A stretch of DNA of 62,858 nt, counting the filler, from Sluysia triapertura (taxonomy: Eukaryota): the NCBI GenBank assembly GCA_046118255.1. It is 5 parts of 5 records of this genome, joined end to end, with 100 filler letters (N's around TTAATTAATTAA, not from the genome) between each part and the next. Parts side by side here need not be neighbours in the genome. Positions count along the whole stretch, not along the records: positions 51,483 to 62,858 come from JBJNIA010185424.1; 4 more parts are not named here. The stretch is one strand, 5' to 3'. The stretch's first letter is position 1. Every line of letters starts with the position of its first letter. The position numbers and the translations under genes were made by a program. Below are positions 53,050 through 62,858 of this stretch, in pieces. Under the pieces are notes generated by a model, which was not told the origin of the DNA, searched no databases, and saw only the letters and a program-made list of their open reading frames with translations.

Positions 53050-54300
53050 AAAATTCATATTATTGATATACGTTGAAAATTAAAGCTCCATCGTCTTTTC
53101 ATTTGAGAAAATTAAATGAACATCTTACTGAATTTCGCAATATATTCAGAACTAATAAAAATATAACATACCGAGCTTTCCTTATTCTCTAGTTTTGATT
53201 ATTCAATAAAGATATTATTGTCATACAATCTCTCTGACGGTATCCATACGTAATATTTTCAATTTCACATTAATTCGCATTTTGTATACTTTCTCAAAAA
53301 TATTTATATAAAGAGGCTATTCCTTTTAACTGAACTATATTGAAAAGAACTATTAGCGTTACTTTCAACTATGTTATGTGGTCATAACAAAGCATTGTCC
53401 ATCATGAAATTGGTACTGTTTTCAAATTTTATCGGAAGGTGTAGATAAGATTTTCTTTTGCTTGAGCATGATACTGCGACATTTGTCGCTTTTTATTCTG
53501 CGAGTGTGACACATACGCATTATTAACATTATTGAGGAATAATTTTACAAATAATGGCTTTTGTAAAAGTTTCCATGTGGGTCATTTAAAGATCGAGATA
53601 TTTCCTTTATTTTGCCATTTTGTATAATTTTTAATCGGCACTAATAATGACAAGCTTAAGCCGACACTCTACTTCCAACCGTCATTGTGACTGTCAGAAT
53701 TTTGTAATGTTATTACTCAAAATCACTCTGTAAAATTCTTGGAATGATTAGCGCATGTCAATATCTATTGACTGTTGAATCCCAGTTTGTAATGATTAAG
53801 TCAAAAAGTGTTTCTCTGATTTTATGAACGGTAAAATTAGTTTTTCTCCAATTAAATTCCACATAAGTCTTGTATTTTCAACATGAATTTCAACTACTGG
53901 CCTGCATTTTATTCTGTCTATTTGAGATATATTGCCGTCTTTAATTATTCATATAATGGTAAATGAGTTATGCTTTTCACAAAAACTGACACTAGTAAAT
54001 TTTAAACATAAGATATTAATTGTTCAAATTGTTTTTCACATTTAATGTATGTCCATAGCAATTACTTAAATATTTTTTCATGTTGAAATATTCCAATTTT
54101 GATTTATAAGTACATTCAATGTTTCCAAATTTCGACATGTCCTCGAAATTTAAATTCTCATTTAAATGCGCCATTATCTCTATGTTCTGCATCTTTCAAT
54201 TTGCAGTATTTAAAATCACCTTCGAAAAATTGTCGAATCTTTTCACAGAATTTTTATTTTGTTAAACACCGTAATAACATTAAACGTTTTTATGTTTTAA
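53050..54300 (-). mobile_element. heavily decayed hAT-like transposase remnant
   Basis: NCYGHTLN at ~54040-54062 matches the hAT CxxHxLN motif. Many stops. Confidence 0.4.
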
Positions 54301-55019
54301 TGCATTAAAGAAATAAAGTTAAATTACACCTATTAAGAAAAATAATATTTGAATGAAATTGAAGCGTACCGCTAGAAATTGATAAAATCAACTCTTGCTT
54401 TTGAGCCCGGTATCGCAAATATGTGGCTTGTCTACCTTATCAGTTTTCGATAAGGTGTTGCACTATTTTAGCGCAGTTAAAAAATCCGACACAATTTAAA
54501 GTCATTTCATAAAAAAATTTCCATGGATTATGGGACAAGATTTTATTCTCAAGGTCCGGTATCGAACGTGTTAAGACTGCTTACATTTTGATGGATATTA
54601 AAAAATATTTTCACATTTTTATTAAAATTCGTTATTTTAAGAAAATTAGCAATGCTGCCAATCATCAGCAATCACATTTATGTATTTGGTGGTATTTCGC
54701 AAGAAACATGCAGAACAACTACTAAAAACTTGATTGTTAAAGCTAATGATAAACATTTTTACCGTTTGATTTAACTTTTTAAATATTCCTTAAATATTTG
54801 GTAATACAAATTTTATTTTTTTATATGATCTAAATAAAGTTAAACTTACAATTCGTGCTTTATATGTACATTTTGTAATCTCCATTAATTTTATAATTTT
54901 TAATCAACTAAAATCTCAACCAACACAAATTATAATTACAAATACAAAGTTGCAAATACAAATAAAACAAGTCTGAGTAGGTCTTGACTCTCAACATAAC
55001 TTCAATCCAGGTTTAAATC

Positions 55020-55130
55020 CTTTTCTGCATCCTAAAATATGAAACACAATTCTTGCTCTTTATTCATAAAGAATTTCTGAGCATAATTCGTTGAATCTTT
55101 CAAATACCTTTCTCAGAAATGTGTTTTAAG
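55020..55130 (-). mobile_element. short hAT (Buster/Charlie-like) transposase fragment
   Basis: RKVFERFNELCSEI resembles the RGKVLxRFFELRxEI motif. Confidence 0.35.
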
Positions 55131-58100
55131 ATTACCCAATAATCATCAGGTACACGATTTGGATTGAAATGCAAATAATGTAATTAGGTTGAAGAAAACA
55201 TTCGTGTTCCGTGTTTAAATATTGCTTTTTATGTATTCGTAGTGTGTGCATTCATTCATTTCATATTATATTAGTGTGACTCATGTGTGTGTGGTTGATG
55301 ACTATTGAGTTGTAATAGGTATGGGTTCTACGTCAGCTGTTCACGACAATCTTTTGACCACTTGGGAAGTTGTCATGATATTATTAACGCAGTATTAGTA
55401 TGTAATATGTCAATTTTAAATGAATGCATAACCGTGTTGATAAACGCATGGACAGTAGTCCTTTTGAATTAATAATACGATTAGATGTTTCAAAAATCTC
55501 GATGATATAGTAACTCATAACAAATATGGATTTGTTAAACTTCCACAAGGTTCACATACGGTAGTGCCGCAAATTATTATTCAGCATGTCGAAAATGAAG
55601 TAGCCATATTGCAGGCACCAATTCTATGTGGGTATATACTTCTAATGGCTCCAAAATTTTCAGATTTACTTTTCATTTTCAGATGTGTTGAGTCCTCCAA
55701 CGAATCAATGGTACCGCCTGTTGAAATTTCGGACTTAGCGAGAAATATCTGAACATCACAAAATAATGATAATTTGGAATGTTTCAAGTAAATTAGACAT
55801 GTACTCATTTATTGCGAATAAAATTAATCATGCTATTGGTCTTATTAATATAATATTGCACAATATCATTTGAATTAATCGAGATTTTAGAGCATTGGAA
55901 GACCTTTAGCTAAGAGATAATATAAAATATTTTGAATTGCACAATCCATATCAAAATCATAATCACTAGTAAGTTTTGTTTTGTTTTTATCTTCTTTAAA
56001 GGAATATTCAAAATCTCGCTTAAAATCATAAAGCTTTTCAACTAGAATAATTCCAGTTTCAAAATCATAACTTTATTACTAATATTAAGAATAATGTTAT
56101 AATAATTCTTAATAATTTTTTAATGAATTTTTTAAATAATAATTTTTAATGAATTTTTAATTATATTTCTTTATAATATATAATAATTTTTTATATCATA
56201 ATTAAATGTAAAATAAATCATAAAAATCATAATAAAGTAAATAATAACTAAATAAATTTACAAAACAATAATAAATGTAAAATAAATCATAATTATAGTA
56301 AATTTACACAATAAAGTAAATTATCATCACAATTAAATTATCAACAGTTTAGATATTAGATAGTCAACTGATTGAATTCTCACAATATTAAATAGTCCTG
56401 GTACAAGTTCACGAATAATTATTGGAAAAGTTAGCATTATAATTAAACAAATCTTGATGATATTAAGTTGTCACAGCGCATTGATTAAGATAATTTTAAA
56501 TAATTAAATTTTAAATAATATTCGAAAAAATGATAGAAAGTTATCTTTATTTTCTTTGGTCACTGGCTATAATAAATAATTACTAGTTTCACAATCACAA
56601 ATTTTGTATAATTTATTAATCTAAGAGCAAAAGGATTTTCTAATGATTATGAGTAGCTGGAAATTCTTTAGATGAAATTTTTAATTTATAATAAGTTTAT
56701 TTGTGGAAACCAGAAAACATTTATTTCGCCACATTTAATGAGGGTTAAAATCTTTATTAATTAATTTATATTTAAATTAAAGCTTGTGCGACTTTAATCT
56801 TAATTCATTATTCTTTTGAACTAATTGTGTTTTTAAAAATAATTACATTCATTGTAGCTTTGCTTACTTATTTGGTCTGTGTTTTTCTTATTCTGCAAAT
56901 AATTACATTGTTTTAAAAATATTAATTTCGTTCGTGTTATTTGTTATTTATTTGATAAGAAAACTCGAAGAAATAATATTAGTAGACCTCATACATAAAT
57001 AAACAATCTTTTTTCTAGTGTCCAAATAAAACTCTAACAATGATTAAAACACATTAAATTAACAAAATGTATAAAACAAAAACGATTCGTATAAATATGG
57101 TTTGAATTTCAATTTTAGGATATATGCTTTTTGTGGATTAAAAACAAAAAATTAACATCTTTTTAAAACTACTCCATCTCAAAATCAAACAAATTCTTGA
57201 AAAACTTTAATTATCATGAAATTTTTGTTTATTTAAGATTACATATTGAAGTTTTTTATTTAATAATTCATTTTCTCCATCATGATTGTACATTAAAATT
57301 ATTGCATAATTCATTAAGATTGAATATAATTTTCAAAACGTTTTGTTCACAAAGAATGTAAAGAAAATTTTGATGTACAAACAAATCACAAAATAACCTA
57401 TCATTAACAAGGCACACTAAATTGCGATAATTTTAGGCACAACAAAAAGCACTTTCGTAAGAAATACAAAAATAATAAAAGATTTGAATTTATTTAATAC
57501 AAAATTGATTGCTTTTATAACAACAAAAATATCTCAAAATTATTACAAAATAATTGAAATAAATATGTTGACGAATACATTTGAATGACAATATAAATAT
57601 CAACGAATATTTGTGTAAAGTCTCAGTATATTTTTAATGGCAATTTTTATTATTTCAATAATACTAATTTTAATAATAAATTTCTATAATATTAATTTAT
57701 TTTAATAATTTTGTTAATTGTTAAGTGGATGATTTAGTATTTGAATGGAAAAAGATTTAATCAGGAGTATTGATAAAAGATTTTTAATAGTTTAATTATT
57801 TTGGTGGATGTTTTAAAAATTTACGAAAGATTAGAGGAATTAAGATTTTTAGAACTTCCTGAATTCTAAGTTTAAAATTTATTTAAAAGTGATTGATAGT
57901 TAAAGTTTGTCATTTAACTTATAGTTCTTTTCTATGAAAAAGTGAATTAAACTAAATAGTGATTAATGTTATGAGTCAAAGTTCTAGTCGTTCCTTGGTC
58001 TTAGGATAGAAGTGCTAGTGATTTTATTATCTTTACTTGAAAAATATAAAATTCTGCCTATAGGTTTTACTTTATACGATTAGACTTTGAGGGTACTTAC

Positions 58101-61100
58101 CACATAATGATTCTTTACTGTTAGTTAAATGTAAATTTTCTTTTCATATCTAAAACTTTTAAAATATCAATTTCATTTTTCCTTAATCAATAAAGATTTC
58201 ACGGTCTGGCCCTTTTTTAAGGCTTATTTTGAGGTTTATTAAACACAAAACTACGGATTCAATAAAACAATAAAGTATTCAAGTTATAGTAAATAATATT
58301 TCATTTTACACTTACTATTTTACAAGTAGTAAAGTAAAACGTGAGACAATTACTCTGATCCAAATAATAACTACAACTTAATAAATAACTGCGATCCAGA
58401 TATCAACAAATGGTAACTGTCATCAAATATTAATTGTTTCCAAATAATTACTGCTATCCACCAAATAACTGCAACCAAAATAATCGCGACTCATCAAGCA
58501 TCAGCAACAACCAGATAATTGTGATTTAACTTGTAAAGCAAACTGTGTGAATGCTATAATGACAAATAAATGTTAAATTAATTATAGACTTTGAAAAACC
58601 TTTGTTTTAATTGTCTCACTAAACTATTGTGTGTTGTGTTCGTTAATAATACTATCTTTTTATAGAATTTTTTTCTAACATGGGCGTATGCCATTTTAAT
58701 TAATATTTTTATTAACAAATGCACCTTACGCCCTTATTGAATTTTCGTTAATATATTTTATTATTATTTATTAGTACAATATCAAAATTATTTAATATAT
58801 TTTATTAACTATTTATTATCATTAGGTACTTTTTCATTTTTTACCACCTTACAACAATATTAAATTATACTATATTAATACATCCTTGTGGCCGACATTG
58901 CACTCTCTGTCAGTTTGGCCATATTTTTGTATCATTAGCGTTAACCATATATATAAAATTTTAGCCCATGCTATATTCACTATCTTTCCACAATCTTCAT
59001 ACAACTCTATTATAATCTTCATATCGTATGACATTTAGTGCTGTACATGGTGATTTGATCTAGTGCATTTTTTTGCCACGATATGTACTGTTGTGCGTAA
59101 TATTTCATTTGTTGGATCGTATTATTATCATTATTGTATTACCTTAGACACAATGATTGGGAGAAATTCTTTGCGTTCCTAAACTTAACGTTTTTAGACA
59201 TAATACAATATGATGTTACATATTCGCAGTCATAGTTATACAAATTGTAAGTAGATCTATCAATGTTTGTGTGCCCTCTCTTAGGTTTTGAATAAAAAAT
59301 ATGACAAAGATATTTAGAATCTTAACAATTCTTTTATCACATTAAATTAATACAAATATAATTTACTTTTTAAATGCAAATTTACTTCCAATTATTTAGT
59401 ATCAGTTGTTTTATATACGCTAGTAAACAATATTAATTTCTTGTTCAGTGATTTTATCAAAGTAAAAAAAGATAACAATATAACAATAAGATGGAAAACC
59501 TAATCAAATGGGAAATGACTTTAGTTTTCTTTATTTCTTTCAAATAAATTAATGTTTACTTTTACATTTACATAAATTTCACGTAGTATTTTTTATTTAT
59601 TTATCATAATATTAATAGAATAAGTAATGTTTTATAAAATTTTAATAATTTTATCCAGGAGCGCGACATTCATATAATCCACGATCACTTAACAATGATG
59701 TTACTGGATTAAAAAAAGTTCAAAGTAATAGATCATTGAAAGTTAGCTTCTATCCATCTACTGAAAATATCGAATATTCAAAAGAAAACTTATCTCCATT
59801 AAGCGTTAGTTATTATTATTACTATTATTATCATTATTATTACTATTATTGTCATTATTGTCGACATTACTTTAATGTGCATTTGAACCCAATATTATGC
59901 ACAAATATTAAATGCATCATTTTGATTTAATATGTTATGAACTAATTTATTCAACTAATGTTAATAATTTTAAATTTGATAAAAAAATTACAAAAATAAT
60001 ATTTGTGTGTTTTGTGATTTGATTACACAATTTATCCCGTGTGTATACAATTATAATAACAAATTTATAACATAGTATATTTTATTATTGAAATTTGTAA
60101 ATTGAATTAAATTTAACCAATAATAATCATCGTTTAATGTAATTGTGCTAATGCAATTCTAATAATTAATTTTAAAATTTGACAATTTTTATGATCTTGT
60201 TTATTGTAAAAAGCATTTCGTATAAGTAATATGATCGAATTTTTCAAAATAATGATTAATGAAAATCATTTGTCTGTTTTCTTATTTGTAACTAAGTAAT
60301 AAAAGTTGCAAATTTCTAATAATCTAACTGAATTAATATTTTTAGAAATTGTTTATTATTATTACTATTACGCATCATTATTACTACATTTTCTATAATA
60401 TAATATAATACGTTTCAATACTTTGTATAATTTGTCATAATTAAGGAAATTGTGTTAAATTTTAGGTCAAATTATGGTTGTACTTTATCCAATTGTAATT
60501 TAAATAATATTTGTATTATTGTTTCATTGGTTGATTTCGACATTCATCGAAAAGTGGAACAACCAATTATGATTTTATATTTTAATAATAATAATAATAA
60601 TGAAAGTGTAAGTTTTTCCTAAAACCTGTGAACAACATCAACGAAAAAATTAAAATTTTGAAAACAAAAAAGTTTTTAGAATCAAATTATCTGGGTTTTT
60701 TAAAAGTAAACCTTGTTGCAAATATATTTTAAATTTGGGTCCACCTGTGATCCATGATTTAAATCTTAACGAAAGACGAGGTCACAAGATTTTCGAATTG
60801 CTGCTGGTTTACGATTAAGAGTTAAAGTCATAAATATGTTAAAATTCAAACGAATGAATGTGTGAAGAGATATGGAGTAACTCAAATGTCATGCTCGAAA
60901 GTTCATAATTGTCAAAATGTCATTAATTTATCTTAAAACGATCTTATTGCACTTATCAAATAATCATCTAGCTTTCAACTGACCAAAATAAACAATTATT
61001 AAGAAGACTAAGAAATTTCAAAAACATTATAAAATCAAATTACAATCTTTTTACAATATTAGAATACATAATAATATAATAATATGAAATTAAGATTAAG

Positions 61101-61249
61101 GTTTTAATCCTTAATTGAATCGATTTTAAATTTGATTTTATGTCTAAATTATTATAGATTGTACAAATGATTGTGATTTTTTGTATATTTTGACTCTTAT
61201 CTAATATAAGGGAATAATTTCAATTGCTTTCGAATGTAGATATAAAATT

Positions 61250-61450
61250 GTCGGACAAGAAAGTTCCAAATATATAAGTTCACTAGATACACAGTTCCAA
61301 ATATATGAAATCGTCGAATATACAAATCCAATATGTATAAAAATCACCGAATGTACATATTCCAGATATATATATATATATTACAAATTTCGACGTAACT
61401 GGCTATATTTAATTCCAAATATAAATTTCCAAAATCTCCTCCAAATTGAA
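61250..61450. repeat. degenerate ~30-bp-period repeat cluster
   Basis: TTCCAAATATA-like core recurs five to six times. Confidence 0.6.
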
Positions 61451-62191
61451 TGTATATAACGTATTATCAATCAGTCTATCATGTTATTGTGTGTTTTGAA
61501 TTTTATCTTTTCACTTTTATATTGAATTATGTGGGTGTCACACCCAAAATATCTTATTACAAAATTTAATTGTGAAAAAGTATGTTACATCCAAAATTGT
61601 AATTTAATATTCAAATTATTTTATAATTAATTTATCTTTTCAAAATTAAATGTAACAATACTCAGGTCGTAGTAGACCCCGACAATACATATATAACATG
61701 TAATAAGTATTGTCCATATATTATTTGCCATACTAATCCTACGGCGAATACAAGTCGAAGAACAGTTTATAAAATATTCCATGTGAGTAAAACGGGAAAA
61801 GTTGGTACAAATATTTTGTTATCTAAAGTCATGTGTTTATAAATTATAAAATAAATAATAATAATTCAAATAATTCAATGAAATTATTAACTAATAATAA
61901 GTTCATTCAAATAAACGAATATTCAGACACTGAATTCGAAAATTGTACGAGTTTATTATGATTTCTTCTGCGAAATTAACATGCGAAATTAAAATATGTA
62001 ATTAAAATTAAACAGATAAATTAAAAAAAAAGAATTTAGCATTGTGTAAATATTGTTTATAGTTATAAATTCTAGAATTTATATAAAACTAATTGTTATT
62101 TACTCAAGTTTATAGATTTACATAAGAATTTTCAAAGAATTGTATATGGTGTTTTATAAGTTGTATAATAAAAAGAATAAAATAAATTACT

Positions 62192-62467
62192 TTAACCGTT
62201 TAAGTGCGGGAGAATTTTCTTATGTATATGCTAAAAGTCCGGGAAACCATGAAAATTGTTATAATTAACACTAATTATTGTGTAACAAGTAATTTTCACT
62301 TATTACAAAAATGTTTTGCTGCACAAAGTCCATGAACTGCATTTTTACCAACAGCAGCATCTTCGCATTATCGATACAAAAAGAAGAAAAACGCTATCTC
62401 ATTGCGTCGTATTTTTGGCATGCGACAAGTGAAGCGCGATAGCGCTTCGCCGGACTCAAACGGTTAA
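62192..62467. mobile_element. piggyBac-type MITE
   Basis: TTAA-CCGTTTAAGTGCGG ... CCGGACTCAAACGG-TTAA, with perfect TTAA flanks on both sides. Confidence 0.85.
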
Positions 62468-62858
62468 TATAATAATTTCATCAAGAAATATTTTTCTAGT
62501 TCATATCGGTTATTAAATATTTTTCTCAAACTCCCGATCAAACTTTTAATGAAGGCTGCAGTTTTTGAGTTGATTAAGAATACTGACGACTTGCTTCAAT
62601 TTATTTATTTTTTTTCCATTTTATTATGTCTTCCTGGAATGACACTCATCATGCGTATTGTTAGAATAATTTGTGTTGACAATGTACTGTCACTTAAAAG
62701 GTGAGTTCACCAACGTCTTGGTCTTACTGACTTAACGGCCAAGCGTTGGATTTAAATGCAAAAATAAGAACTCTGGAGGTCAAAAATTAGATTTTAGTTT
62801 TGCAATGTTATCACTAAAAATGGAATAAAATATCAATAAAATAACAATTTAAGTAGTG

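Noticed and set aside
58870-59290. Possible GPCR pseudogene (ILVADIALS resembles TM2)
   Set aside because: A single short motif among many stops is insufficient support.

Overview
Very AT-rich eukaryotic draft-assembly DNA, probably from an invertebrate (possibly a flatworm; this is inference only). It is not one locus. Four 100-bp spacers (N44-TTAATTAATTAA-N44) join five unrelated contigs: 1-11016, 11117-22105, 22206-33791, 33892-51382 and 51483-62858. Host genes that can be recognised are one Polo-like kinase exon and the large first exon of a trefoil+GH31 alpha-glucosidase. There are also many broken or chimeric gene pieces: THADA fused to a PPIL3-type cyclophilin, an SRSF1-like RRM, eIF4A fused to tandem repeats, a PLEKHG5/7-type RhoGEF, SMC4, and a POT1/RPA-like OB-fold gene. 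The background is decayed DNA transposons (mariner, DD41D-like Tc1, DD39D-like, pogo, piggyBac, hAT), dispersed repeats and AAT microsatellites. The most interesting structure is in contig 4. Two homologous ~0.6-0.7 kb promoter-like modules in inverted orientation each sit directly upstream of a different diverged host-gene copy. Together they bracket ~14 kb that contains further gene fragments and an inverted-repeat element carrying a Gag/zinc-knuckle-like ORF with no pol. All protein assignments are by-eye motif recognition, not database searches.
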